From an uncultured Thermoflexus sp. (lineage in GTDB: Bacteria > Chloroflexota > UBA11872 > UBA12225): a stretch of 64,000 bases of DNA. The translations under genes were made by a program, and so were the position numbers. Shown here in pieces: positions 29,779 through 39,723 of this stretch (position 1 is its first letter; each line of letters begins with the position of its first letter). Where the stretch lies: positions 9,929 to 73,928 of the forward strand of contig CAYFLJ010000001.1 in the NCBI GenBank assembly GCA_964343985.1. The letters are read 5' to 3'. The notes below the pieces were generated by a model that did not search any database, was not told the origin of the DNA, and worked only from the letters and a program-made list of their open reading frames with translations.

Positions 29779-30396
29779 TTAGTCGAGGAGGCCCGGCATT
29801 GGTGAGACAGTCACGCGACGGGCCACCACGTCGACGCTTTGGACGACGTCGGGAATCGACGGGATCAATATCTCACCGCGACCGCCGCGAACGACATACA
29901 CATCGTTGCTGCCCGTGCGGAGGATCTCGGAAATTGTGCCGAGGTTCTCGCCCGTGTCCGTCCGTACGGCAGACCCAATGAGCTGGTGGACGAAGTACTC
30001 GCCAGGGGGAAGCTTCACGGCTTCGCTGTCTGGGACGTACAAGAGCGTCCCAAAGAGCCGTTTGGCATGTTCTCGTGTTGTGACGGCGTCGAGGCGCAGG
30101 GTGATTCCCAGACCGTGGATGCCGCGACCGAGGATCCGTGCCGGCAGTAGGTCGGGGCCGATAAACACCCGTTTGATCTTCTGGAACCGCCCCGGTTGAT
30201 CGCTAAATGGTTGCACGCGCACATCGCCGCGCGGACCGAACGCCCCCATGACTTGGCCGACGGCGATGCAGTCGTCGATGCCACCGGCGGGCGGGATGAG
30301 CGCGGGGATTTCTGGGGCAGGCGGTGAAGACGAAACCAGTGACGGCGTGCGAAGCCTCGTTCGCATACCCGTCCGACGTGGTGCCGGCGCCATCAA
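29779..30396 (-). CDS. rimM: 16S rRNA processing protein RimM
   Basis: IAVGQVMGAFGPRGDVRVQPFSD plus a C-terminal PRC-barrel; position between the KH gene and trmD. Confidence 0.85.
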   Translation of the reverse strand: MMAPAPRRTGMRTRLRTPSLVSSSPPAPEIPALIPPAGGIDDCIAVGQVMGAFGPRGDVRVQPFSDQPGRFQKIKRVFIGPDLLPARILGRGIHGLGITLRLDAVTTREHAKRLFGTLLYVPDSEAVKLPPGEYFVHQLIGSAVRTDTGENLGTISEILRTGSNDVYVVRGGRGEILIPSIPDVVQSVDVVARRVTVSPMPGLLD

Positions 30397-30620
30397 CCGA
30401 TTTCGAGGATGGCGCGTCGGCGTCGGCGCATCGCAGCTGTCGCAAGAAGTGTGCGCATCGCCTTGGCGACTCGCCCCTCTTTGCCGATGACCTTGCCCGT
30501 GTCGCTCTGGGCGCAGGTTAGCGAGACGACAACGGTCCGACCGCTTTCGCGCTGCGTGACTTCGACGGCATCCGGTTCGTCAACGAGGCCACGGGCCACG
30601 AATTCTACGAGGGGCTTCAT
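30393..30620 (-). CDS. KH-domain RNA-binding protein (YlqC/UPF0109 family)
   Basis: 75 aa; VIGKEGRVAKAMRTLL GXXG-type KH motif; 4-nt overlap with rimM. Confidence 0.85.
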   Translation of the reverse strand: MKPLVEFVARGLVDEPDAVEVTQRESGRTVVVSLTCAQSDTGKVIGKEGRVAKAMRTLLATAAMRRRRRAILEIG

Positions 30621-30648
30621 CTGTGGTTATTCCATCCGGCTGCCGTGG

Positions 30649-30960
30649 TTAGGAGGCGTGCGCCGCGTCGTCGTGTGCTTTGCGCGCCTTCTTCGCGGCG
30701 ATGCGCGCCTCTTCCCACGCCTTGAGGATGCCAGCGTGGCGAAGGAGAATCCGGACGCGATCAGAGGGTTGCGCGCCGTTGAGCAGCCACTTGACGGCCA
30801 AGTCGGTCTTGAGTGCGACGGTCGCGGGGGAGGTCATTGGGTCGTAATGACCAATGATTTCGACGTGGCGTCCCTCGCGGGGGTGGTCGCTCTCAGTCAC
30901 AATCACTCGGTAGCTCGGACGCTTTTTTGCTCCGAGACGCGTCAGGCGCATCCTCAGCAC
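30649..30960 (-). CDS. rpsP: 30S ribosomal protein S16 with a Lys/Ala-rich C-terminal extension
   Basis: (V)LRMRLTRLGAKKRPSYRVIVTESDHPREGRHVEIIGHYDP aligns with S16; start is GTG 30960 or ATG 30951; GGAGA RBS. Confidence 0.88.
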   Translation of the reverse strand: MLRMRLTRLGAKKRPSYRVIVTESDHPREGRHVEIIGHYDPMTSPATVALKTDLAVKWLLNGAQPSDRVRILLRHAGILKAWEEARIAAKKARKAHDDAAHAS

Positions 30961-31136
30961 ACGAATTCTCCTTGAAGGGACGGGTTCGATTAACGTAGGC
31001 CGCGTCACGCAATCACGTGCGGTGCGGGCGTACTGGCAATGGTGCGACCGGGCAAGCCGCAACCGCGTTGGGTGCCAACTCGCCGAACGCGAAGGCAACT
31101 CCACAAGTGTACGCCACGGCGATTACGAAACTCCCA

Positions 31137-31373
31137 CTACAAGTTAGGGAGGCAGAGATACTCCGACATCAGCGGGTACATCCGGCGCCGCTGGTGGGGG
31201 TCCGCAACCTCAATGCCGTGATGGTTGATGAGGTTTTTCGACTCCTCGACCCACGCACCCCAGCATTCGGCACAGACGTTTGCACGCACGCGTTCACCTC
31301 GGGCACCCGCAAGGGGAGGCTCGTCAAGGCCGGGCGCGTGTCGCTTGCAGCGTGCGCAGGTGACGTAATCCAT
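31137..31373 (-). CDS. yggX: YggX-like Fe(2+)-trafficking / oxidative-damage protection protein
   Basis: 78 aa, MDYVTCARCKRHAPGL...ECWGAWVEESKNLINHHGIEV, matching YggX family conservation; start coordinate +/-1. Confidence 0.7.
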   Translation of the reverse strand: MDYVTCARCKRHAPGLDEPPLAGARGERVRANVCAECWGAWVEESKNLINHHGIEVADPHQRRRMYPLMSEYLCLPNL

Positions 31374-31448
31374 GGTCAGGAAATTGTATCGGCGCACGTG
31401 CGGGCAGTGGTAGTTGCGAGTGTGGGTCGGCCTCGCTAGCATCGGCGC

Positions 31449-32060
31449 ATGTCGGAACGACTTGATGGAGGCGACCGCGAGGTCCGGGACCGTGTCGTGG
31501 CGGTCGCGAACTCGCTTGAGGGAGGCACGTTTGATCCGCAGCACACCGGCGCAATGTTCTTGCGCGAGAGTGCTGCCAAGGCCGTACGAGAGTCACTTCA
31601 GGGGACAGTCGATGTCGTCGTTCACCTCGACGGGAAGGCCAACCTTACGGGCGCTCGGTTCATGGGGTTGCGAGTTGCGCCGGACCTCGCGGTCTACCCG
31701 TTTGGTGGCGCACCGCGTCCGATCAGCTCATCGCAACCGCTCGACCTCTTTGACCTTCAGCCACGATCACCTCGAGAAGATGTCTCCGCCGGCATCGCAG
31801 TCACGATCACCGTTCTGAGGCAGGACGCTCGACCGGTGCAAAGTGCAATTGCCGACGCCGTGATCCTCGCGACGCGATATGCGGCCGTGGTCGTGTTCGT
31901 TCTCGATCGGCGCATGGGCAGTCGGGACGCGTTTGGAGGATTGGGCGAAGGTGATCAGCGAACGCTTTCTACGAGTGATCAGCGCCTGATCCAAGAGTTG
32001 TCGCGCGAACACCGGATCAGGATTGTGGTGTGCCGGCAGGATCCGTTTGGATTTGCCTAA
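31449..32060 (+). CDS. Hypothetical protein, unknown function
   Basis: 203-aa ORF with coding-like composition; followed 14 nt later by the TIM-barrel isomerase gene. Confidence 0.45.
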   Translation: MSERLDGGDREVRDRVVAVANSLEGGTFDPQHTGAMFLRESAAKAVRESLQGTVDVVVHLDGKANLTGARFMGLRVAPDLAVYPFGGAPRPISSSQPLDLFDLQPRSPREDVSAGIAVTITVLRQDARPVQSAIADAVILATRYAAVVVFVLDRRMGSRDAFGGLGEGDQRTLSTSDQRLIQELSREHRIRIVVCRQDPFGFA

Positions 32061-32073
32061 CGCGTCGCCGGGC

Positions 32074-32979
32074 ATGGAAACGACCTCGCGTACACTCGCC
32101 GGCATGTATCGCCGCGCTGTAATTACCGACGAGATCTCTCAGGACCTCGACGTTGCCGTTGCGATGGCGGCCGAGTTCGGCCTCGACGGAATCGAGGTGC
32201 GTACCGCTTGGGACGTTCGGATCGACCGAATGTCGCGGGATCAATTGCACCACGTGAAAGACACCGCCGCGGCCAACGGCCTCGTTGTTGCAAGCCTCGC
32301 GTCGCCGGTGTTCAAATGCGCGCTCGACGACGCCTCGGAGGTCGCGGAACACTTTGACATTTTGAAGCGGTGCATGGATGCCGCGCACGCCCTCGACACG
32401 CGATTGGTGCGAGCGTTCACGTTCTGGCGTGACACCGATCCGTCGACACGTACCGCTGAGATCTGCGATCGGTTTGCCGAGGCGACTCGCGTCATGGACG
32501 GTTCGGGCCTGACCCTCGTGATCGAGAACGAACACACGTGTAATGTTGCAACGTCTGACGAGATCGTGGCATTCCTTGGGCGCCTTGATGATCCCGCCGT
32601 TCGTGCACTTTGGGATCCGTGCAACGCCTACTGGACTGGGGAAGCTGATCCCGTCAGTGCCGGCTATGAACGGGTTCGCCCGTATGTAGCCCATGTGCAC
32701 GTCAAAGACGCAGTTCCTGGGCCGGATGGGAACCATCAGGCGACGGTACTCGGCGAAGGTGAAGTTGGGGTCGCGCGCCAGCTTGCAGCGTTGCGACGTG
32801 ATCGGTACGACGGATTCGTCTCACTGGAGACCCACTACCGCGTGCATGCGACGCTCGACCACGAATTAGTGAAACGCCCTGGCGGATCCGCGTTTTCTGC
32901 CGGCGGAGAAGAAGGTACGCGTCGGTGCCTCGTCGCTTGGAACGCTATGCAGTTGGATGGCTTTCACGTGTCGAGGTAG
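32074..32979 (+). CDS. Sugar phosphate isomerase/epimerase (xylose-isomerase-like TIM barrel)
   Basis: AITDEISQDLDVAVAMAAEFGLDGIEVRTAW...LVIENEHT...YDGFVSLETHY, typical AP-endonuclease-2/Xyl-isomerase-like TIM pattern. Confidence 0.75.
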   Translation: METTSRTLAGMYRRAVITDEISQDLDVAVAMAAEFGLDGIEVRTAWDVRIDRMSRDQLHHVKDTAAANGLVVASLASPVFKCALDDASEVAEHFDILKRCMDAAHALDTRLVRAFTFWRDTDPSTRTAEICDRFAEATRVMDGSGLTLVIENEHTCNVATSDEIVAFLGRLDDPAVRALWDPCNAYWTGEADPVSAGYERVRPYVAHVHVKDAVPGPDGNHQATVLGEGEVGVARQLAALRRDRYDGFVSLETHYRVHATLDHELVKRPGGSAFSAGGEEGTRRCLVAWNAMQLDGFHVSR

Positions 32980-33125
32980 GCGCTCCTCCCCAACCGCTCT
33001 CCGCCTGCCAGACGAGCGAAGCGACCATACGGCGGTTGTGTTCAAAAGCAGTTCTGGGTGACGGCGATCTCGTGAACCCCTCGCGTACGCGCCGCGCTCA
33101 ACCCCCTACTCTTGAGGTCGAACCG

Positions 33126-33998
33126 ATGACCGCGCGACTACTTGACGGCTCGGCCACGGCAGCGGCGATGCGCGCGCAGGTCGCCCGTGACGCGAATGAG
33201 GTCGCCGAGGCGCTCGGCCACCCTCCCTGCCTAGCGACGGTTATTGCCCCCGGCGATCCGTCATCTGCAGCGTATGCCCGGGCAATTGGAAAGGCGTGTG
33301 CGCGCGTCGGCGTGGAGTCGCGTCTGGAACCACTGCCGGATGGTGGGACCGACCTTGACCTCGTGGCATGCCTCCATCGGCTCAACCGGGATGAGCGAGT
33401 TCACGGTGTCATCGTGCAGATGCCACTGCCGCATACCTACGACAGTGTGCTCGTCGGGGAGACCTTGGCGCCCGGGAAGGATGTTGACGGGGTAACGCCG
33501 TATTCCGTGGGACTTTTGGCGCTCGGTCGGCCACGCTTCGTTCCGGCTACCCCACTCGGTGGGATCGAGTTGCTCCGCAGTCATGGCATCTCGGTGCGGG
33601 GCAAGCGCGCGACAGTTATCGGTCGGAGCGCAGTCATTGGGCGTCCCCTCGCGATGTTGCTAATTGCCGAGGGGGCGACAGTAACGGTGTGCCATACGGC
33701 GACGCGCGATCTTCGTGACGCGTGCCGCACCGCCGAAATCGTGTTTGCCGCTGCGGGAAAGCGTGACCTCGTCGATGCGACGATGGTCGCGGACGGCGCT
33801 GTCGTCGTCGATTTCGGCACGACGGTCGATCACGAAGGACGCGTCCATGGCGACGTCCATTTCCCGAGTGTCTCGCAAGTGGCGTCGTGGATTACGCCCG
33901 TGCCCGGAGGGACGTTGCCGATGACCACGGTTGCACTCTTGAGAAACACCGTGGACGCCGCGAAGCTTGTGGTGTCGGCGGACACGGCGACACGGTAA
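33126..33998 (+). CDS. folD: Bifunctional methylenetetrahydrofolate dehydrogenase/cyclohydrolase
   Basis: MTARLLDG...YARAIGKACARVG...VHGVIVQMPLP...GKDVDG...GRSAVIGRPLAMLL...PVPGGTLPMT, FolD signature motifs. Confidence 0.92.
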   Translation: MTARLLDGSATAAAMRAQVARDANEVAEALGHPPCLATVIAPGDPSSAAYARAIGKACARVGVESRLEPLPDGGTDLDLVACLHRLNRDERVHGVIVQMPLPHTYDSVLVGETLAPGKDVDGVTPYSVGLLALGRPRFVPATPLGGIELLRSHGISVRGKRATVIGRSAVIGRPLAMLLIAEGATVTVCHTATRDLRDACRTAEIVFAAAGKRDLVDATMVADGAVVVDFGTTVDHEGRVHGDVHFPSVSQVASWITPVPGGTLPMTTVALLRNTVDAAKLVVSADTATR

Positions 33999-34214
33999 GC
34001 GACGTCGTACGCGAAAAGCGTTGAAGCACGGTTAAAGCGTCGGTCGCTTGAAGATGACCGTGGAGGTGTCCGCTACCTGCTGCCAAGCTGGTGCGGAACA
34101 AGACCTCCAGTCGCAAAACGTTCAGCGAATCTTCGCTCCACCAGAGAACCGCAACTCGCGCGGTGGGAGCTTGCTTCGGTCGCTGAGGGCAATTCTTAGC
34201 CAGTTGGCGAGGGG

Positions 34215-35462
34215 CTACGGGAAGCGGGCCTGCAACCACGAAGTCCAATCGGTCCCAAACGTCGCCCATGAGACCCCCGTGACCTGTTGGAAGGTGAGGT
34301 CCCAGGTACGAGACGTCGCGTACTCACGCGCCAGTGACCAGAAACGCTCCAGTCCGAAGCGCTCGACGTAGTAGCGGACGCCGTGCGCCGCATGTGCGTA
34401 GGCAAGCGAAATATCTGCGCTGCTGTAATTGCGCGCGGCGTCCAACCCCCATTCGATCACGTCGTTGACCTTGTCGAGGGTCCAAGTCCTGCCGGAACGA
34501 ACCACGCCGGCGAGTTCGCCGGCACGCATGTGATCGGCAACGTGTTCCGCCAGACCCTCAGACATCCATTCTGGAATCCGAACGATCGAGACGATGTCGT
34601 CATTTACGAGATGGGTCATCTCGTGGGTGAGTGGCACAAGGAGTTTTGGATCCGGTGTTGAGTTGATAGGGACGGTTCCAGCACCGTACGACTCCGGGCT
34701 TCTAAGGAGAACGATGCCTTTGGTTCCCGGCAGGTACGCCGCCCAAGTGTTTGCGCCGCGCAAGCCGGAATGAGACCCATACGTGGGGTTTAGCGAAATA
34801 GTCGGACGGACCGACGTGGGGAGCGGAAGGATTGCACCAACCGTGGTCCACGCAGAACGCGCGACTTCGGCGACTCGGTCAAGTACGTCAGCGTCCCATT
34901 CGTAGTACGAGAGCACGAAATCACCGCGATCGTCGAGCAGGCGCGGGCCAAGCTCCTCGTTCGTTGGCTCGGCGTGGTGCCATATGCCCTCAGAGTCGCT
35001 GGAGAAGACCCAAGCGCCGCGTTCCGTCGGTGGCGAGCCATCTCGTGCAAACGCCACGGTTGCGCGGACGTACCCACCGGGCTTTGCATGGAGGGCAATC
35101 GGCGTCCCGCGAAGAACGACGTTTCGCTGCCCGTGACGACTGTCGAAGTACTCGGATTGGATGCGTCGCCACGTTGGATTACGAAGGTCCAACGTCGCGA
35201 GAAATGCGTCACGGTCGTCGCGTTCGAGGGCGTCCGCGCGGGCATTGAGCGACGCGCTGATGCCAGTGAACGCTCTTTCGAAGTTGACGCATCCGGACAC
35301 AAGGACTGTGGGGTCGTCTTGTGGGACTGGGCACCTCGAAGGTGCCGAATCTTGGGCCGAAGTACGCGATGCGCCGTTTCCGGTCGCGAGAAGGGTCAGT
35401 GCGGCGCTCACCGCAGTTCGTCGCGACCACGATTGCTTTACGGTTGCGCCAACTCTGTCCAT
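34215..35462 (-). CDS. Secreted zinc metallopeptidase-like protein (HExxH, gluzincin-like)
   Basis: Signal peptide MDRVGATVKQSWSRRTAVSAALTLLATG; HEMTHL motif followed by EGLAEH. Confidence 0.6.
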   Translation of the reverse strand: MDRVGATVKQSWSRRTAVSAALTLLATGNGASRTSAQDSAPSRCPVPQDDPTVLVSGCVNFERAFTGISASLNARADALERDDRDAFLATLDLRNPTWRRIQSEYFDSRHGQRNVVLRGTPIALHAKPGGYVRATVAFARDGSPPTERGAWVFSSDSEGIWHHAEPTNEELGPRLLDDRGDFVLSYYEWDADVLDRVAEVARSAWTTVGAILPLPTSVRPTISLNPTYGSHSGLRGANTWAAYLPGTKGIVLLRSPESYGAGTVPINSTPDPKLLVPLTHEMTHLVNDDIVSIVRIPEWMSEGLAEHVADHMRAGELAGVVRSGRTWTLDKVNDVIEWGLDAARNYSSADISLAYAHAAHGVRYYVERFGLERFWSLAREYATSRTWDLTFQQVTGVSWATFGTDWTSWLQARFP

Positions 35463-35587
35463 ATCCGATCCACCAATGGTGTGTCGCTGAGACAAAATCG
35501 CCCCATGCACAAAGTCTAGCGAGATGTGTGTAGCCCTTGGGTCTCGACGGTGACACGGCGAGTGACACGGCGATCCGGTGAACTGCG

Positions 35588-36790
35588 GTGCGATACTGCG
35601 GCGCGATGAGCATCCAGACCGCCGCTAATTTGAACCATGTCCCTACGTTTTCCGGCGATCGAACCGACCCAGCCGAGGTCTTGGCGTGGCTCGGCACGGT
35701 GCCGACGGCGGCGTACCACGAAGATGGCATCGCTGCGTGCGTGTTTGCGTTTGCTGCCGAAATCGGTCTCGCGGTCGAGTCTGATCCCGATGGCAACCTT
35801 CAGGTTTGGCATCGAGGCGCGGGAGAAGACGTGTCGCGTCGACCGATCGCCGTGAGTGCGCATATGGATCACCCGGCGCTTGAGGTCACGGGAGTCGCGC
35901 CCCTTCGAGGACGACTGCTCGGCAGTATTCGCGCGGAGTCGTTCGCCGATGGCGTCGCGGTGAGATTCTTTTGGCGGGGTGAGGCAGGTTGGGTTGAGGC
36001 CGACGGTGCGGTCACGGCGGCGACGCCGCTTGACGGCGACGCGGACGCGCGGGTCGCGTTAGCACTCACCAGTGCCGAAGAGGTGCCGGTCGGCGCATTC
36101 GGCACGTTCGACTTCGGCCCAGTTCGACTGGACGCCCATGGGCGCATCCATATGACGGCGTGTGATGACCTCGCCGGATGTGCCATCACTCTGGCGTGGC
36201 TTGCGCAGTGCGTTCGAGACGGGGTTCGGGCCGATTCGGGTGGGGTATTTACTCGCGCTGAAGAGGTCGGCCTCGTCGGCGCGGCGGCGTTGGCATCGCG
36301 CCGCGGATTGCCCGAGGACGCGTTGGTCGTTTCGATTGAGGCCAGTCGCGAGTTGCCCGGCGCGACACTTGGAGATGGACCGGTCATCCGGGTTGGCGAC
36401 GCCGCCACCACATTTCATCCGGCAGGTGACGCCTTTTTCCGTGCCGCGCGAGACGCCATGCGCCAACGTGACCCGGACGCGAAGGTCCAACGCCAACTGA
36501 TGAGTGGGGGAGTCTGCGAGGGCACAACCTACACGGCGGCGGGCTACGTGACCGGTGCGGTGTGTGTGCCGCTCGGCAATTACCACAACCAGCGGCCCGA
36601 GGGCGGCTTGGGCGCAGAATACGTGCACGTCGATGACCTGCGCGGGTGCGCGAACCTGCTTCGTGCGACATCAGGCCTGATCGCCGCCGGCTTTGACTGG
36701 CCCAAAGATGATCCGTTGTCGCAGCGGTATCTTGCTCGTCCGGCGGCTCAGTTTGAGCGGCTTCGACGCACGGCACTATCGCAGGACTAG
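35588..36790 (+). CDS. M42/M20-like metallo-aminopeptidase family protein
   Basis: SAHMDHPALEVTG metal-binding His region, Asp/Glu-rich metal ligands, conserved C-terminal GGVCEGTTY...CVPLGNYHN; start may be 35606. Confidence 0.55.
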   Translation: MRYCGAMSIQTAANLNHVPTFSGDRTDPAEVLAWLGTVPTAAYHEDGIAACVFAFAAEIGLAVESDPDGNLQVWHRGAGEDVSRRPIAVSAHMDHPALEVTGVAPLRGRLLGSIRAESFADGVAVRFFWRGEAGWVEADGAVTAATPLDGDADARVALALTSAEEVPVGAFGTFDFGPVRLDAHGRIHMTACDDLAGCAITLAWLAQCVRDGVRADSGGVFTRAEEVGLVGAAALASRRGLPEDALVVSIEASRELPGATLGDGPVIRVGDAATTFHPAGDAFFRAARDAMRQRDPDAKVQRQLMSGGVCEGTTYTAAGYVTGAVCVPLGNYHNQRPEGGLGAEYVHVDDLRGCANLLRATSGLIAAGFDWPKDDPLSQRYLARPAAQFERLRRTALSQD

Positions 36791-36827
36791 CGAGACGACG
36801 CTGTCGGACGCCCGAACCCCGATCAAT

Positions 36828-38048
36828 TCATGTGAGCGCGGCCCACGCCGCGTTGTGAAACGTTGCGCGGGCCGCGCGAATACGTGTAGGGCTATCTCCA
36901 TGGCGTGTCGGATTGACGCGATTGGTGAGAAACACCGCCCAAATCCCCCACGTTGGGTCGATCATGATCGAGGTGCCGGTGAAACCGGTGTGCGAAAACG
37001 CGCAGATTGATGCGAGGTCGTTCGGAATTGCGAACGGGTTTGGTGAGCGAACCCACCCGTAGCCGCGAGACGATCGGGGATCGATGTGCAAGGTGTGATC
37101 GCGTACGGCGGCGTTAACGGTCGCGTCACTCAGGAAGTGACGACCGTTTGGCGTTCCACCACCTGCCCAGAAGCGCGCCACTTTCGACACGTCATCAAGT
37201 GTCGCGAAGAGGCCCGCATGGCCGGCGATCCCGCCGAGCGCCATGGCGTTCTCGTCGTGGACCTCACCGAGAATGAGTCCACCGCGATCTTCCACGACCT
37301 CAGATGCGACGCACTCGACACCGATGTCGCGTGGGCGGTACGTTGCGCCAGAAAGGTCAAGCGGCGCTGATGTAACAGCACGCGCGATCTCATCAAGAGG
37401 CCGCTCATAGATTGCCTCGGCGAGGAACCCGAGGGTCATGTAGCCGAGGTCCGAATAGGTCACCGTGGTGCCAGGCTTCGACTCGATAGGTGTCGCGAGG
37501 ACCCGGTGGCGGATGGCTCCGCCGGCGTCGCCGCTCTGCCAGAACGGTAGGTGTGCCGGTAGGCCGCTCGTGTGGGTGAGCAACTGCGCAACCGTGACGT
37601 CGTGCTTGCCGTCTCCGGCGAAATCCGGGAGCAGATCACTGACCCTCCATCCGAGATGCAGGTCGCCAGACTCGACGAGACTGAGGATGACGGGCATCGC
37701 GACGATCACCTTGGTAAGCGACGCAAGGTCGAAACGATGGGACGGCGTCACGGTTGCAGCGTCGGGGCGTGAGTCGACCCGACCCGCGAATCGCTGCCAA
37801 CGCGTCCCGTCCCGATCGCCGATTGCGCATGCGACGGCTGGAATGCCGCCAGCGATGGACCGTTCCACGACGTGATCGAGCGCGTCGAACGGATTGGTGG
37901 GAGCGAGAGCGCTTTTTGTTCGCCACGATCCGCCCATGATGTGGCGCGACTGTACAATGACGGCGATGAACAAACGTCGACGTGTCGCGCTCAAGAAGCG
38001 CCGGAAGACCCGTGAGAAGGCTAGGATCAAAGAGCGTGTGGCGCGCAC
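36828..38048 (-). CDS. Serine hydrolase of the beta-lactamase/esterase (SxxK) family
   Basis: Active-site SLTK, YSDLGY (YxN-like) and HTGFTGT (KTG-like) motifs. Confidence 0.75.
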   Translation of the reverse strand: MRATRSLILAFSRVFRRFLSATRRRLFIAVIVQSRHIMGGSWRTKSALAPTNPFDALDHVVERSIAGGIPAVACAIGDRDGTRWQRFAGRVDSRPDAATVTPSHRFDLASLTKVIVAMPVILSLVESGDLHLGWRVSDLLPDFAGDGKHDVTVAQLLTHTSGLPAHLPFWQSGDAGGAIRHRVLATPIESKPGTTVTYSDLGYMTLGFLAEAIYERPLDEIARAVTSAPLDLSGATYRPRDIGVECVASEVVEDRGGLILGEVHDENAMALGGIAGHAGLFATLDDVSKVARFWAGGGTPNGRHFLSDATVNAAVRDHTLHIDPRSSRGYGWVRSPNPFAIPNDLASICAFSHTGFTGTSIMIDPTWGIWAVFLTNRVNPTRHGDSPTRIRAARATFHNAAWAALT

Positions 38049-38139
38049 GGCCGTTTCGACGAGCCGGCGCAGCGGCTAAAGGAACAGCGGCTTCATCTCG
38101 AACGCTTCGAACCCGCCCCGTCATCGGCATTTTGCCCAT

Positions 38140-39630
38140 ATGATTGAGGGAGTGATCAGCATCTTAAGTGAGACGGCACGTGCATTGCACGTGCCGTTTA
38201 ATCGTATATGGGGGCGTGTGCGTCGCGCGTCGCCGCGTCTCATCGTGGCGATTGGGTCCATTTCGATGGTCGTGGTTGCCTGCGCGCCGACCGATGTCTT
38301 TGCGCCACGAACGACCTCCGATGTGGTTGGAGCGCCGACCAATGGCGCGACGTCGACCGTCTCCCCGACGACGGCAGTCGACGCAAATCTGAAGCCGATC
38401 ACTGCAGAGCAAGGCGTTAGTCTCGTCGCAAACGCGTGGTTGCTCTTTGTGAATGAGTACGTTGAGCCGATGCCTCACGGGCCGCTGTTGAAGGCGGCGT
38501 GGCGGGGCTTCGAGCTTGCAGCCCCAGGGCCAAAGGGTGCTTCGCCAGAGATTTTGGGCGCAGACGCGCAGTCCGATATCGACGCGTTTGAGGCTGCGTA
38601 TCTTGAGGCGTCCGGAGCGATTCCCGGCGCATCGCCTGCCCATTCGGCAGCGGCGTACGCGGCCATACGTGGCATGGTCAAAGAAATTGGTGATTGCCAT
38701 ACAGGGTTCTCGACACCTGCACAGGTGGCGGAGGCAAACCAACGGCAAGATGGTGTCGTCCGGTTCGCCGGCATTGGGGTCCGGATCAAACGGAAAAAGG
38801 GCGAGCCCGCGATTGTCTCTGAATTGATCGCGGGCGGGTCGGCGGGGAAAGCCGGCCTCAAGCCCGGAGACGCATTGACGGCGGTCGAAGGTGTTGATCT
38901 GGCCGAGTTGGCACTCGACGACATCGCGGCGCGTATCCGAGGGAAAGAGGGGTCCTCGGTAAAGATCACGATCCAACGCCCCGGCGAGAAAGCACCGCGG
39001 GTGATTTCCGTGACGCGCGTCGCCATCTCCGAGAATGCGGTGGAGTCGCGTTTGGTCGGCGGTGATCGGGTGGCATACGTCCGGATGAACGGCTTCTCCA
39101 CCGCAGCGCAAGATCAGGCATTGGCGGCCATTGGGACGATGCAGGCGAAGGCGACCAAAGGGGTGGTCCTCGATTTGCGGACCAACGGTGGTGGCGACTT
39201 AAACGTCTACTTGTCGTTTTTGAGCAAGTTTCTGAAGGATGGCCCGTTTGGGTTCGAGACAAGTCGCAAGGGTGATCGCATTGCCTTGGGCCCAGACGGA
39301 TCGTATGTCGGTCTCAAGGTCCCGCTTGTGGTGTTGGTGAGCGATAGCACGGCGTCGGCTGCTGAAGCATTTAGCGCCGCCGTGAAACAGTACGGGGTTG
39401 CAAAAATCGTCGGTTCGCAGACGGCGGGATGCGTTGGAATCGGGTCGAGGTACGGGTTGCCGGATGGTTCGGCCGTTGCCGTGACCACGCGCAAACTCTC
39501 GGGACCGAAAGGTGAAGAGCTCAATCGGGTCGGGCTTACCCCGGATGAAGTGATCGATGTCACTCGCGAGGAGCTCGCCGCCGGCAAGGATCCTATCTTG
39601 GATCGGGCAGTAAAACTGCTCGGCGCCTAA
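38140..39630 (+). CDS. ctp: Carboxyl-terminal processing protease (S41) with PDZ domain
   Basis: N-terminal TM/signal; PDZ ELIAGGSAGKAGLKPGDALTAVEG; S41 motifs VVLDLRTNGGGDL and LVSDSTASAAEAF (catalytic Ser/Lys region). Confidence 0.88.
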   Translation: MIEGVISILSETARALHVPFNRIWGRVRRASPRLIVAIGSISMVVVACAPTDVFAPRTTSDVVGAPTNGATSTVSPTTAVDANLKPITAEQGVSLVANAWLLFVNEYVEPMPHGPLLKAAWRGFELAAPGPKGASPEILGADAQSDIDAFEAAYLEASGAIPGASPAHSAAAYAAIRGMVKEIGDCHTGFSTPAQVAEANQRQDGVVRFAGIGVRIKRKKGEPAIVSELIAGGSAGKAGLKPGDALTAVEGVDLAELALDDIAARIRGKEGSSVKITIQRPGEKAPRVISVTRVAISENAVESRLVGGDRVAYVRMNGFSTAAQDQALAAIGTMQAKATKGVVLDLRTNGGGDLNVYLSFLSKFLKDGPFGFETSRKGDRIALGPDGSYVGLKVPLVVLVSDSTASAAEAFSAAVKQYGVAKIVGSQTAGCVGIGSRYGLPDGSAVAVTTRKLSGPKGEELNRVGLTPDEVIDVTREELAAGKDPILDRAVKLLGA

Positions 39631-39723
39631 GCTTCGTGCTGCACCGGCCAGGGTTTTGGGCGAAGATGACTAGGCCGCTCCGAGGCCCGACGCGACGTGC
39701 GTAAACGAACGCGTGACGGCGTC

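Noticed and set aside
38164-39111. 315-aa minus ORF antisense to ctp
   Set aside because: Overlaps the well-supported S41 protease gene; Arg/Cys/His-rich with no domain.
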